Positions 38,527-48,717 of a stretch of 64,000 nucleotides of DNA are shown piece by piece. Source of the stretch: Thermovirgaceae bacterium (lineage in GTDB: Bacteria > Synergistota > Synergistia > Synergistales > Thermovirgaceae). The translations under genes and the position numbers were made by a program. A model generated the notes under the pieces. That model saw nothing but the letters and a program-made list of their open reading frames with translations, did no database searches and had not been told where the DNA came from. How positions within the stretch are numbered: the first letter of the stretch is position 1; the number at the start of each line of letters is the position of its first letter. Where the stretch lies: NCBI GenBank assembly GCA_040767805.1, contig JAXGNU010000003.1, positions 32,001 through 96,000 of the forward strand, in the 5' to 3' direction.

Positions 38527-38811
38527 CTAGGTTTCATCCAGAGCAATAACCAGGTGTCTTAAAACCTGGGGCTTGAGCTTCAGCAACCGTTCCAGTTCGC
38601 TGACCTGGGAAGGGTCGAGAGTAAAGGTAAGGACCGCGTAAAACCCCTCGGCCTGTTTCTGGATGGGATAGGCGAAGCGCCTCTTCCCCCAGGAACTGCT
38701 CTCAACGATCTCTCCCCCCAGGTTGCGCACGACCCCTTCGATCTCCCCCACCGCCGACTCATGGTCCTCCAGGTCGGCCTGGAAGATCGTGACCATTTCA
38801 TACGATCGCAC
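38527..38811 (-). CDS. rpsF: 30S ribosomal protein S6
   Basis: GTG start MRSYEMV, WGKRRFAYPI, VLRHL. Confidence 0.96.
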   Translation of the reverse strand: MRSYEMVTIFQADLEDHESAVGEIEGVVRNLGGEIVESSSWGKRRFAYPIQKQAEGFYAVLTFTLDPSQVSELERLLKLKPQVLRHLVIALDET

Positions 38812-38818
38812 GTCATAC

Positions 38819-38872
38819 ACCTCCTCCCTTTGGCCTAAGGTCTCCCCACCCCGGGGAGACAGGGACATACGG
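38819..38872 (-). promoter_or_regulatory. Probable S6:S18 autoregulatory mRNA leader
   Basis: UCCCU/AGGGA stem next to the SD enclosing a GUCUCCCC/GGGGAGAC hairpin followed by a CC-containing internal loop. Confidence 0.5.
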
Positions 38873-38878
38873 CAGAAC

Positions 38879-38907
38879 ATTATACGCTAGGGGCCCTCTT
38901 CCGGCAA
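38879..38907 (-). promoter_or_regulatory. rpsF promoter
   Basis: TTGCCG-17-TATAAT. Confidence 0.7.
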
Positions 38908-39192
38908 CAAGTCCCTGGAAACCACCTCGACCCGGAAGATCCTCTCACCGGGGAGGGTCAGGTTGAACTGCTCCCGGGCGAGCCGGGCAACGCCCTCGGG
39001 TGTCCTGTAAAAAAGAATTTTTTCCTTCAGGACCTGGACGTCCCTAGTAACGGCGACAAGGCGGTCCATCCTTTCGTCCACGATGGAGCCAAGCCTTCCT
39101 ATCTTCCTGAGCTCCAGGATGTAGGCTGTTCCGACGATCGCCAGGAAGCAGAGACCGGCCGTGATCAGGGCCACCCAGCGCAGGCGGATCAT
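38887..39192 (-). CDS. Septum formation initiator (FtsB/DivIC family)
   Basis: TM, coiled coil, ARLAREQFNLTLPGERIF. Confidence 0.75.
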   Translation of the reverse strand: MIRLRWVALITAGLCFLAIVGTAYILELRKIGRLGSIVDERMDRLVAVTRDVQVLKEKILFYRTPEGVARLAREQFNLTLPGERIFRVEVVSRDLLPEEGP

Positions 39193-39194
39193 TC

Positions 39195-40874
39195 CTACAT
39201 CTTCTCCGGCGCGCTTATCCCCAGCAGGGAAAGGGCGTTGGCCAGGACCACCCTCGTCGCCTCGGAGAGGATGAGCCTGGCGCCCTCCAGTTCAGGCCCC
39301 ACCCCCAGGACCCGGTGGGCGTTGTAGAAGGAATGAAAATCCCCCGCCAGGTCGTAGGCGTAAAAAACAATCCTGTGAGGGGCGAGGTCGGCGGCGGCCT
39401 TTTCGACTTCCTCGGGGAAGGCCGATAACCTCTTCACCAGGCCTATCTCCTCCGGTTCGACCAGCACGGAAAGGTCGACATCCTGTGGTTTCGGCATTAT
39501 CACGCCCCTGGCCGCCGCTTCCCTGAAAATACTGTGTATCCTCGCGTGAGCGTACTGGACGTAAAAAACCGGGTTGTCCGTCGAGGCGCTCTTGGCCAGG
39601 TCCAGGTCGAAATCAAGGTGGCTGTCGGAACGCCTCATGGCGAAGAAATACCTCGTGGCGTTGACCCCTACCTCCTCTATTACCTCCGCCAGGGTGACGA
39701 ACTCGCCGGAACGGGTCGACATGGACACCTGCTGCCCTCCCCTGTGGAGATTCACGAATTGTATCAGGAGGATCTGGAGGTCTTCCTCCCTCCGGCCGAG
39801 GGCCTGCACCGCGGCCTTCATCCTTGGGATGTAGCCGTGATGGTCGGCCCCCCACACGTCGATCACCATGTCAAAGCCGCGGTCGTACTTGTCCTTGTGA
39901 TAGGCGATATCAGAGGCGAAATAGGTGGGGGCCCCGTTGCTCCTGATGAGGACTCGGTCTTTGTCGTCCGAGAAGGCCGTGGCCTTGAACCAGGTCGCCC
40001 CGTCGGCATCGAAGGCGAAGCCGTTCTTCTTGAGGGTCTCAAGCATTTTGGGGATCTTGACCCCGTCGTAGAGGGACTTCTCCGAGAACCAGACGTCGAA
40101 CTTCACGCCGAAGTCTTCAAGGGTCTTGCGGATGTCCTCCAGGATGACCTCATTGGCGTACTTGGTGAAAAAGGGAAGGGACTCCCCTGGGGAAATGTCC
40201 AGGAATCGCTCTCCCTCGGAGTCCAGCAGCTGCCGGGCGAGATCAAGGATGTAGCCGCCCTTGTAGCCGTCCTCCGGGAAGGGGACCTCCCCGGGGCGAC
40301 CGCAGATCTCGAAGTACCGGGACTGGGTCGACTTCCCCAGGAGTTCCATCTGGAGACCGGCGTCGTTGATGTAGTACTCCCTCTCGACATCCCACCCGGC
40401 GAAGGAAAGGATCCTCGCGCAGATGTCACCCACGGCGGCGCCCCTGCCATGGCCGACATGGAGAGGCCCCGTCGGGTTGGCGCTCACGAACTCCACCTGG
40501 ACCCTTCGTCCGCCGCCGGAATCACTCCTGCCGTAATCGCCCGCCAGCTCCAGGATATCCTCGATGGTCCCGGTCATCCACGACCGGGAGAGGAAAAAGT
40601 TTATGAAACCCGGTCCGGCCACCTCGACCCTCTCCACGAGGGGATTTTCCGGCAGAAGGGAGACTATCCTGCGGGCCACTTCAAGGGGTCTCTCTCCGAA
40701 GGTACGGGCCCACTGCATGGCGGCGTTGGTGGCCCAGTCCCCCTGGCCTTCCCTTCTTCCCCTCTCCACCTCCACGGGGACTTCCCCCTCCAAGGGTACC
40801 CCCTTCTCTTGGGCAATCTTCCCGATCGATGATGCCAGCATTTCCTTTATGACGGTCTCTATGTCTTTCTTCAT
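39195..40874 (-). CDS. argS: Arginine--tRNA ligase
   Basis: SANPTGPLHVGHGR, WGADHHGY, MSTRSG, YVQYAHAR, APEKM. Confidence 0.97.
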   Translation of the reverse strand: MKKDIETVIKEMLASSIGKIAQEKGVPLEGEVPVEVERGRREGQGDWATNAAMQWARTFGERPLEVARRIVSLLPENPLVERVEVAGPGFINFFLSRSWMTGTIEDILELAGDYGRSDSGGGRRVQVEFVSANPTGPLHVGHGRGAAVGDICARILSFAGWDVEREYYINDAGLQMELLGKSTQSRYFEICGRPGEVPFPEDGYKGGYILDLARQLLDSEGERFLDISPGESLPFFTKYANEVILEDIRKTLEDFGVKFDVWFSEKSLYDGVKIPKMLETLKKNGFAFDADGATWFKATAFSDDKDRVLIRSNGAPTYFASDIAYHKDKYDRGFDMVIDVWGADHHGYIPRMKAAVQALGRREEDLQILLIQFVNLHRGGQQVSMSTRSGEFVTLAEVIEEVGVNATRYFFAMRRSDSHLDFDLDLAKSASTDNPVFYVQYAHARIHSIFREAAARGVIMPKPQDVDLSVLVEPEEIGLVKRLSAFPEEVEKAAADLAPHRIVFYAYDLAGDFHSFYNAHRVLGVGPELEGARLILSEATRVVLANALSLLGISAPEKM

Positions 40875-40893
40875 GGTCTCGCCCCGCTTTCGG

Positions 40894-42723
40894 TCACCTT
40901 TTCTTCAAGGGCACTGTGGCCTCGTTCCAGCCGATCTGCTGTCGGACGACGTTCGCCAGGGCTTGTTGGGCCTGCTCTTCCAGCTTGGCCGTCGATACTA
41001 CGGTCTTCTGTTCCGCCGCCAGGGTGCGCTCCTTCTTAACCCTTATAGACTCCTCCAGCTTGACCTGCCCAGCGTCGTAGGGCCGAGTCACTGGAAGGAC
41101 CATGACCTTGAACCCCTCGGGGAGGACGATGGCGGCGGTCTGTTCAAAGACGAAGGGGAAACGGATATCCCCGGCAACCCTTTTTTCGGCTACCGAACGT
41201 TGCCAGGGCATCACCACCGAGGGCATCCTGAGCAGCAGCCCTTCGCCGCCGGGGATAGCGATCCTAGTATGGATGGGGACCTTGACCCTCAAAGCCGTGC
41301 CGGGCCTTTCCACCGTCACCTCTTGGAGGGATACCCCCGGGGTAGAAGGCCAAGAAAAGGAGGCCAGCATCCTGACCGCGGCGTCTTTCCCGGCGGCGCC
41401 CCCGCCGGCCAGGACCTCGACCCAGGCTCCTCCGGCCGTAACCGTCAAATCGCCCGTGGCCATACCGTCCGGGGCGACTTCGATGGCCCAATTGATGGAA
41501 AGGCGGTGGTCTCCGGGCCCACCCGAAGGCAATACCATTCTCGAAGGAGTGCCTCCATCAAGGTAATGCAGGGTCCTACCCCAGAGCCTCGGCGGCATGG
41601 AACCTGGCTTTACGGCCTGCCCTATCTCGAACATGAAGGGTTTCCCGTCGGCGGGCTTTACCGACAGTACGGGTTTCCCCCATGCCTTTACCGTGGCCGG
41701 CGACCCATCCGGGAGGGGGACCCGCGGGTCCCAGCAGGTTGCCACGCCCCAGCCGGCCTTCCGCAGCCAATCCCCCAGGAGGAACGAGGCCTCCCACTCT
41801 GTCCAGGGGCCCTCTGCCGGTGTCCCGGCGGCCGCCCTGACTAGGTCGGGAGGGAGGGAACGATCGACGCGGTCTGGATCGTTCATGTACTCCATGATGC
41901 CGATCCCCCTCCTCGATCTATCGGGGTCCTTCAAGAGGGACGCTACCCGCGGAGGGGGAGGGGCATCGCGGGAGGCGGCCAGCACGGCGACGTCGGAGAG
42001 AGAGTACTGGATGCCCTTCCTGAGGCTGAATACCAGCCAGCGCCCCTTCCCGGGGGAAAGGGAGGCCCCTTCGTAAGCAGGGGTGTTTATGATGCTCCAG
42101 CTATAGACATCCTCGGCGCCGTCCCTGCTAACATGTGGTTCGGGAAGATCTTCACCCAGCCAGGCCGGTTCAACCCCGGAGGGCACCGCCAGGGTGATCT
42201 TCTGTTCCCACTGGGCAAGGTCAAGGTCGATGGGCACGGCGTCCTCGAGGTTCATCCTCGTGGGGAGGGCCTCCCGGTAGGACAAGGCGAGGATGTTGCC
42301 CTCGAAGTCGTTGGGGAGCCTCACCTCGATCATCCGGACCCCGCCCCTTTCGACCTCCCTCGGGATAAGGGGGAACCTTACCCGGCGGCTGTAAGGGTCA
42401 TAAAGGGCCGATTCCAAGACGGAGGCCTCGCCCCCTTCGGGGATGGGGATCTCCCAGTTTCTCCAGTTGTCGGGTAGGTTTTCGCCCTCGTAGAGGAAAA
42501 GGGTGGTGGTCCTTTCCGTTTTTCCGTCGGCCAGGAGGCGGTAATTTATATCCCTCAGGACCACGGTCCCCTTCCCCAACCCCAGGGCTTGCAGGGAGGG
42601 GGCTTCATCCAGGGTCCTTGAGAGAAGGGCTGGGATGTCCTGACCATGGGCTGTACCGCGAAGGGTGAACGCTACCACTACTATCAGCGCGAAAAAAAAG
42701 GGTCTCGATCTCAAAAGAATCAC
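40894..42723 (-). CDS. Exported protein, DUF3857/transglutaminase-like architecture (tentative)
   Basis: Signal peptide; beta-rich N domain (YRLLADGKTE); C-terminal IVLPEGFKV..LP. Confidence 0.5.
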   Translation of the reverse strand: MILLRSRPFFFALIVVVAFTLRGTAHGQDIPALLSRTLDEAPSLQALGLGKGTVVLRDINYRLLADGKTERTTTLFLYEGENLPDNWRNWEIPIPEGGEASVLESALYDPYSRRVRFPLIPREVERGGVRMIEVRLPNDFEGNILALSYREALPTRMNLEDAVPIDLDLAQWEQKITLAVPSGVEPAWLGEDLPEPHVSRDGAEDVYSWSIINTPAYEGASLSPGKGRWLVFSLRKGIQYSLSDVAVLAASRDAPPPPRVASLLKDPDRSRRGIGIMEYMNDPDRVDRSLPPDLVRAAAGTPAEGPWTEWEASFLLGDWLRKAGWGVATCWDPRVPLPDGSPATVKAWGKPVLSVKPADGKPFMFEIGQAVKPGSMPPRLWGRTLHYLDGGTPSRMVLPSGGPGDHRLSINWAIEVAPDGMATGDLTVTAGGAWVEVLAGGGAAGKDAAVRMLASFSWPSTPGVSLQEVTVERPGTALRVKVPIHTRIAIPGGEGLLLRMPSVVMPWQRSVAEKRVAGDIRFPFVFEQTAAIVLPEGFKVMVLPVTRPYDAGQVKLEESIRVKKERTLAAEQKTVVSTAKLEEQAQQALANVVRQQIGWNEATVPLKKR

Positions 42724-42762
42724 TCCCTCGTACTCGTAGGTGCAGGACGACCGGTCCGGTCC

Positions 42763-45426
42763 TCAGGCATTCTTTCCGCAACAGTGCTTGTACTTTTTCC
42801 CGCTGCCGCAGGGGCAAGGCTGGTTCCTTCCAACCTTCGGGGCGCTCCTCACCGGTTGCGGCCTCGGTGAGTCACCGGGTTCGCCGGCGGCGAGGGGCGA
42901 TACCGCGTCGCGGGTCTCCCTTCGGGAGGCCGTAGGCCTGGCGGGAGCCGAGCCCGGCGTCATCACCGTGACCCTGAAGAAATACTGGGCGAAGGAGAGC
43001 CGAACCCGCTCCATCATCTCCTGGAAAAGATTATAGGATTCAAACTGGTATTCAAGAAGCGGATCCTTTTGGCCGATGGCCCTCAGGCCGATCCCCCGCC
43101 TAAGTTCGTCCATGGCCAGGAGGTGCTCCTTCCAGGCTGAATCGAGGACGTTGAGGAGCAGGAACCTTATCATTTCATTTGCGTTGTCCGTCCCCAGTTC
43201 CTGGATCTTCCCGTCGATCCTCCGGGTGACCTCTTCCATCAGCACTGCACGGGCCGCTTCCAGCCCTTGCGGGGTATCCACACCCTCAAGGTGCTTTTCG
43301 ATGCCCGGCCAAAGGACGCTCTTGAGGGAGACCGACACGGCCTGGGGTTGAGGTTCCCCGCCCTCGGGGAAGAAGCGGTCCAGGATGCCGTCGATGGCGT
43401 CTCCCACCAGTTGGCGGCCATGATCGGCCAGGTCTGGCTCGGTCAGGATCCTCCTCCGTTCCTGGTAAATTGCCTCCCGCTGCTGGTTCATCACGTTGTC
43501 GTACATCAGGAGCTGGCGCCGGATATCGAAGTGGAACTCCTCCACCCGTTTCTGGGCCGTCTCTATGGCCTTGGTAAGCAGGCCGTGCTCTATGTACTCG
43601 CCCTCCTCGAGGCCGAGTTTTTCCATGAATCCGCTTATCCTGTCGGAGCCGAAGAGGCGAAGAAGGTCATCCTCGAGGGAAAGGTAAAAGGTGCTGCAGC
43701 CGGGGTCCCCCTGGCGGCCGCTCCTGCCCCGGAGCTGGTTGTCTATGCGGCGGGACTCGTGCCGTTCCGTGCCGATGATCTTGAGTCCCCCGAGATCGAC
43801 GACGCCGGCATGCTCCCGGTCGCATTCCTCCTTCTTCGCCGCGAGGATCCCCTCGAAGGCCCCGGTGTCGGAGTCGTGGTCAACGCCCTTCTTCTGGGCC
43901 TCCTCCCTGGCCAGGAAAAGGGGGTTCCCCCCCAGGACAATATCGGTCCCGCGACCGGCCATGTTGGTGGCCACCGTCACCGCCCCCAGCCTCCCCGCCT
44001 GGGCTACAATGTGGGCCTCCATCTCGTGGTACTTGGCGTTGAGGATCCTGTGCTCGATCCTCCTGGCCTTCAGGATCTTCCCCAGGGTTTCCGAACTCTC
44101 GATGGAGGTGGTCCCTATCAGGACCGGTTGCCCCGTCCTGTGGGTCTCCTCCACGTCGTCCGCCACGGCGGCGAATTTCTCCCTCCTGGTCCGGAATATC
44201 ACATCGGGATTATCCTTCCTGATCATGGGCATGTGGGTGGGTATCACCAGCACCTCCAGCCCGTAAATGTCCTTGAACTCCTCTTCCTCGGTGGCGGCCG
44301 TTCCCGTCATGCCCGCCACCTTGCCGTACATCCGCACATAGTTCTGGAGGGTTATCGTGGCGAGGGTCTGGTTCTCCTTTCCGACGCTGACCCTCTCCTT
44401 GGCCTCTATCGCCTGGTGAAGCCCGTCGGAGTACCTTCTCCCGAACATCAGCCTCCCGGTGAACTCGTCAACGATCACTATCTCGCCGTCCTTGTTGACG
44501 TAATGGACATCCCTCTGGAAAAGGTGGTGGGCCTTCAGGGCCTGGACGATCCTGTGACCCAGCTCGGACCTCTGGTAGTCGGTGAAAAGGTCGGGCAGGC
44601 CGAGAATCTTTTCGCACTTGGCTATCCCCGCCTCGGTGAGGGCTACGTTCCGCTCCTTCTCCTCCAGTTCGAAGTCCTCCCCCTGGCGGAGCCTCCTGGC
44701 GACGTCGTCGGCTTTCCTATAGACCTCCACGTTGTCCTCGGAGGGACCCGAGATGATGAGGGGCGTCCTAGCCTCGTCGATGAGGATGGAGTCGACCTCG
44801 TCGAGGATTATGTAGGAATGCTCCCGCTGGACCAGCTGGGAGGCGAGGATGGCCATGTTATCCCTGAGGTAGTCAAAACCGAATTCGCTGTTGGTGCCGT
44901 AGGTCACGTCGGCCCTGTAGGCCTCCATCCTTTCGCCTTGGTCCATGAAGGCGTAGATCACGCCCACGGAGAGCCCGAGATACCTGTAGATCGGCCCCAT
45001 CCACTCGGCGTCCCGCTTGGCCAGGTAGTCGTTGACCGTGACCAGGTGCACCCCTTCGCCTTTCAGGGCGTTCAAGGCCACGGCCAGGGTCGCCACCAAG
45101 GTCTTGCCTTCGCCGGTCTTCATCTCGGCGATCTTGCCCTCGTGGAGGGCCATCCCCCCCATGAGCTGTACATCGAAATGCCGGAGTCCCAGGGTCCTCC
45201 TCGATGCCTCCCTGACGGCGGCAAAGACCTCGGGGAGCATTTCATCGAGGGCTTCACCCTTCATGGCCCTCTGCCTGAAAAGAGGCCCCAGGCCGGCCAG
45301 TTCGACCTCGGGAAGGGATCGCATCGACCCTTCCAGGTCATTTATCCTGGTCACGACCGTGGCGTAGCGCTTAAGGGTCCTTTCGTTACGATCGAGCCCC
45401 AGGGTCTTCTTCAATGCTTCAAACAT
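42763..45426 (-). CDS. secA: Preprotein translocase SecA
   Basis: [49 protein letters not shown]. Confidence 0.98.
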   Translation of the reverse strand: MFEALKKTLGLDRNERTLKRYATVVTRINDLEGSMRSLPEVELAGLGPLFRQRAMKGEALDEMLPEVFAAVREASRRTLGLRHFDVQLMGGMALHEGKIAEMKTGEGKTLVATLAVALNALKGEGVHLVTVNDYLAKRDAEWMGPIYRYLGLSVGVIYAFMDQGERMEAYRADVTYGTNSEFGFDYLRDNMAILASQLVQREHSYIILDEVDSILIDEARTPLIISGPSEDNVEVYRKADDVARRLRQGEDFELEEKERNVALTEAGIAKCEKILGLPDLFTDYQRSELGHRIVQALKAHHLFQRDVHYVNKDGEIVIVDEFTGRLMFGRRYSDGLHQAIEAKERVSVGKENQTLATITLQNYVRMYGKVAGMTGTAATEEEEFKDIYGLEVLVIPTHMPMIRKDNPDVIFRTRREKFAAVADDVEETHRTGQPVLIGTTSIESSETLGKILKARRIEHRILNAKYHEMEAHIVAQAGRLGAVTVATNMAGRGTDIVLGGNPLFLAREEAQKKGVDHDSDTGAFEGILAAKKEECDREHAGVVDLGGLKIIGTERHESRRIDNQLRGRSGRQGDPGCSTFYLSLEDDLLRLFGSDRISGFMEKLGLEEGEYIEHGLLTKAIETAQKRVEEFHFDIRRQLLMYDNVMNQQREAIYQERRRILTEPDLADHGRQLVGDAIDGILDRFFPEGGEPQPQAVSVSLKSVLWPGIEKHLEGVDTPQGLEAARAVLMEEVTRRIDGKIQELGTDNANEMIRFLLLNVLDSAWKEHLLAMDELRRGIGLRAIGQKDPLLEYQFESYNLFQEMMERVRLSFAQYFFRVTVMTPGSAPARPTASRRETRDAVSPLAAGEPGDSPRPQPVRSAPKVGRNQPCPCGSGKKYKHCCGKNA

Positions 45427-45475
45427 TCATTTCACCTCGATCGGCGTCGAAGCGGGGAGCGCTCCTCAAAGTGTC

Positions 45476-45504
45476 ATTATATTCCCCCCCGTAGGGAGCG
45501 TCAA
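45476..45504 (-). promoter_or_regulatory. secA promoter
   Basis: TTGACG-17-TATAAT. Confidence 0.7.
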
Positions 45505-45541
45505 AAAAGGGGCGGCCCCTATTCAGTTGACGGGCCGCCCC
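45503..45541 (-). terminator. Terminator after pgsA
   Basis: GGGGCGGCCC...GGGCCGCCCC-TTTTTT. Confidence 0.75.
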
Positions 45542-45575
45542 GGGGAACCTCTTGAAGGGTGGAAAAAAGGGGGGG

Positions 45576-46118
45576 TCAGGAAAGGAGGCTTTTAGCCTTG
45601 ACCAGGTACTCCATCCCGGACCACAGCGTGGCGACCAGGGCGACCCACATGGCCGGTAGCCCCCCGGGAAGGTCGAAGATCATGAGGAGGATGGCTATGA
45701 CCTGGGTAACGGTCTTTACCTTTCCACCCCTCGACGCAGAGATCACCACTCCCTCCGAGGCGGCGACCATTCGGAGGCCGGTCACGAAGAACTCCCTGGA
45801 AAGGATAATGACCACGATCCAGGCCGGCAGCCGCTGAAGTTGGACAAGGGAGATCAGGGCGGCGATCACGAGTATCTTGTCGGCCAGGGGATCGATGATC
45901 TTGCCCAGGTTGGTGACCATGCCGTGCTTCCTGGCGAAGTACCCGTCGAAGGTATCGGTGAGAGCCGCAATGGTGAAGACCAGCCCGGCGAGTATGTCAC
46001 CGAAGGGGAGCCCCAAAATGTTGCCGAACTGACCCCTGAGGGTGAGGAAGACCATGACAAGGGGGGCTAGAAAGACCCTGGAGAGGCTCAGGACGTTGGG
46101 CAGATTCCAGATATTCAG
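45576..46118 (-). CDS. pgsA: CDP-diacylglycerol--glycerol-3-phosphate 3-phosphatidyltransferase (probable CTG start)
   Basis: NLPNVLSLSR upstream in frame; DTFDGYFARK, GKIIDPLADK. Confidence 0.93.
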   Translation of the reverse strand: MNIWNLPNVLSLSRVFLAPLVMVFLTLRGQFGNILGLPFGDILAGLVFTIAALTDTFDGYFARKHGMVTNLGKIIDPLADKILVIAALISLVQLQRLPAWIVVIILSREFFVTGLRMVAASEGVVISASRGGKVKTVTQVIAILLMIFDLPGGLPAMWVALVATLWSGMEYLVKAKSLLS

Positions 46119-46183
46119 GGCTCACGCACCTCCAGCACCGCGTTTAGGGAGGGTCCCCGCTCCGCGGAGGGACCCCCTTCGCC

Positions 46184-46888
46184 CTACCCTCCCAGGTAGG
46201 CTTCACGGACCTTCGGGTCATTCAACAGTTGCTTACCCGTACCCAAGAGCACAATCCTTCCAACTTCCAGGACGTAGGCCGCGTCGGCGATCTTAAGAGC
46301 GGCATAGGCGTTCTGCTCCACCAGCAGGACTGTCTTGCCCTCGTTGTTTATGGCCTGGATAATATCGAAGACATCCTTCACCAGGATGGGCGCCAGCCCC
46401 AGTGAAGGCTCATCGAGCATAAGGAGGCTGGGCGAACCCATAAGGGCCCTGCCGACGGCAAGCATCTGCTGCTCCCCGCCGGAGAGGGTGCCCCCCTTTT
46501 GCCATGCCCTCTCCTTGAGCCTGGGGAAGAGTTCATATACCCAGGCGAGGTCACGGTCGATCCCCTCCGGGTCGTTTCTGCTGAAAGCGCCGAGCTTGAG
46601 GTTCTCCAGTACGGTGAGGTGGGGGAGGATCTTCCTCCCCTCCGGCGCCATCATTATCCCCGACTTGACTATGTCTTCCGGGGCAAGGCCGGAGATCTCC
46701 CTGCCCTCGAGCTCTATGGAACCGCTGCTTTTTTTGACGATCCCGGCGATAGCCCGGAGGGTGGAACTTTTCCCCGCGCCGTTGGCCCCGATGAGGGTGA
46801 CGACCTTGCCCCTGGGCACTTCCAGGGAGATCCCCTTGATGGCATGTATCCCGCCGTAATGGACGTGGAGGTCCTTTATACTAAGCAT
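46184..46888 (-). CDS. livF: Branched-chain amino acid ABC transporter ATPase
   Basis: GANGAGKS, LSGGEQQMLA, LDEPSLGLAP, VREAYLGG. Confidence 0.92.
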   Translation of the reverse strand: MLSIKDLHVHYGGIHAIKGISLEVPRGKVVTLIGANGAGKSSTLRAIAGIVKKSSGSIELEGREISGLAPEDIVKSGIMMAPEGRKILPHLTVLENLKLGAFSRNDPEGIDRDLAWVYELFPRLKERAWQKGGTLSGGEQQMLAVGRALMGSPSLLMLDEPSLGLAPILVKDVFDIIQAINNEGKTVLLVEQNAYAALKIADAAYVLEVGRIVLLGTGKQLLNDPKVREAYLGG

Positions 46889-47668
46889 CGCGGACGTACT
46901 CCTCTCCAAGGTAGGCCTCGATGACTTTCTGATTGGATCGGATCTCCTCGGGCCGGCCCTCGGCTATGGTCACGCCATAATCGAGTACCCATATGTGTTC
47001 GCAGATACCCATCACTACCCTCATGTCATGCTCTATCAGCAGTATGGTCAGGTTGAACCTGGTCCTGATATCCTTGACGAAACCCATCAGTTCCTGAGTC
47101 TCGTTGGGGTTCATGCCGGCGGCCGGTTCGTCGAGGAGGAGGAAGGTCGGGTCCGTGGCCAGGGCCCTGGCCAACTCCAGCAGCACTCGCTGGGCGCCAT
47201 AGGCCCCCCGATTCCTCGTCGGCAAGATGCTTAAGGCCCACGGCATCGAGCAGGAGCTGGGGCTTCTCCCGCAACTCCCCTCTCCTCTTTCCAGAAGGAA
47301 GGCAGGTTGAGAAGGGCGTGCCACCAGGTGGTGCCCTGGCGGACCCTGGCCCCCACCATGACGTTCTGGATGACACTGGCCGTGTGGAAAAGCCTGATGT
47401 TCTGGAAGGTCCTGGCTATCCCGGCCGAGCATACCTTGTGGGGAAGCCACCCCGTGATATCCTGCCCGTTGAAAAGGATCTTCCCCTCCGTCGGTTTGTA
47501 AAAACCCGTCACCATGTTGAAGCAGGTGGTCTTTCCAGCGCCGTTCGGCCCGATAAGGCCAACGATGCTGCCCCTGGGGATACGCACCGAGAAGTCCCTG
47601 ACGGCGACGAGGCCGCCGAAACGTATTGTGAGGGCATCTGTCTCGAGGACGGCGTCACTATTGGGCAT
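46881..47668 (-). CDS. livG: Branched-chain amino acid ABC transporter ATPase, frameshifted around 47180-47290
   Basis: GPNGAGKTT and ARTFQNIRLF in one frame; LLLDEPAAGMN, IEHDM and VIEAYLG in another. Confidence 0.88.
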
Positions 47669-48717
47669 CAGGCTTCTCTCCTTTTCCGGAAGAGGCCGAA
47701 GAGCCAGTCCCAGCTGAATTCACGCCTCCCCATGATCCCCTGGTGCCTGAAAAGGATGATGAACAGGAGTGCCAGGGAGAACACCACCATCCGCATGCCC
47801 GGTACCCCGGGAACCGTCATGCCGGCGAAGGTGATCGGGTTCTCGACGAACCGGAGCCATTCGAGCAGGACGGTGATCACGATGCCCGCCAGGACCGTGC
47901 CGGTGATCGAGCCAAGTCCCCCCGTCACCACGATCATCAGCACGTTGAAGGTCAGGGTGAAGATGAACATCCTCGGGTCGATCGTTGTAAGGAGACTTGC
48001 CAACAGGGCCCCTCCCACGCCGGCGAAGAAAGCGCCGATCGTGAAGGATGTCAGCCGGTAGCGGAATGTATTGATCCCCATGGCCCGTGCCGCAACCTCG
48101 TCGTCCCTTATCGCCTTGAGGGCGTTCCCGAAGTTGCTCCGCACGAGGCGGATCATCACGTAGAGGGTCAGGAGGCACCAGCCGTAGTTCCACCAGAGGT
48201 TTGAATAGGAAGGGATCCCTTTCAAACCCAGGGCCCCGTTGGTGACGCGGGGCATGTTGTTGGCCAGCACCCTTATGATCTCGGCGAAACCGAGGGTCGC
48301 TATCCCGAGATAATCCCCCCCGAGCCTTAGGACCGGAAGGCCTATCAGGAAACCGAAAAAGGCGGCCGCCAGGCCGGCGATGATGACGGCGATGAAAAAG
48401 GGTGCGTGCATCACCGAAAAGGGCCAAATGGGAGCCTGGAGGAGGAACATGGTCTGTTTGTACGTGGCGGGCAGGATGAGAAGGGAGCAGGTGTAGGCCC
48501 CGATGGCCATGAAACCGGCGTGGCCCAGCGAGAAAAGCCCGGTGAACCCGTAGATGAGGTTCAGGCTCAAGGCGAGAATGATGTTGACCGCTATAAGGTT
48601 CATTATCTGGATCTTGTAACCGTCTAAGTTGGCCTTGGACCAGAAAAGGGCGCCGACCAGGAGGAGAACAGCGATCCCGTTGAGGGCGTAATTTCTTTTA
48701 TTCTTCGGGTCCATCAC
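47668..48717 (-). CDS. livM: Branched-chain amino acid ABC transporter permease
   Basis: GLFSLGHAGF, RLGGDYLGIATLGF, AIRDDEVAA. Confidence 0.92.
   Translation of the reverse strand: MMDPKNKRNYALNGIAVLLLVGALFWSKANLDGYKIQIMNLIAVNIILALSLNLIYGFTGLFSLGHAGFMAIGAYTCSLLILPATYKQTMFLLQAPIWPFSVMHAPFFIAVIIAGLAAAFFGFLIGLPVLRLGGDYLGIATLGFAEIIRVLANNMPRVTNGALGLKGIPSYSNLWWNYGWCLLTLYVMIRLVRSNFGNALKAIRDDEVAARAMGINTFRYRLTSFTIGAFFAGVGGALLASLLTTIDPRMFIFTLTFNVLMIVVTGGLGSITGTVLAGIVITVLLEWLRFVENPITFAGMTVPGVPGMRMVVFSLALLFIILFRHQGIMGRREFSWDWLFGLFRKRREA

Noticed and set aside
39534..41844. 432-aa and 426-aa plus-strand ORFs
   Set aside because: They overlap argS and the exported protein on the opposite strand and have shadow-like composition.
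43267..45555. 762-aa plus-strand ORF
   Set aside because: Antisense shadow of secA caused by GC-rich codon bias; no recognisable motifs.
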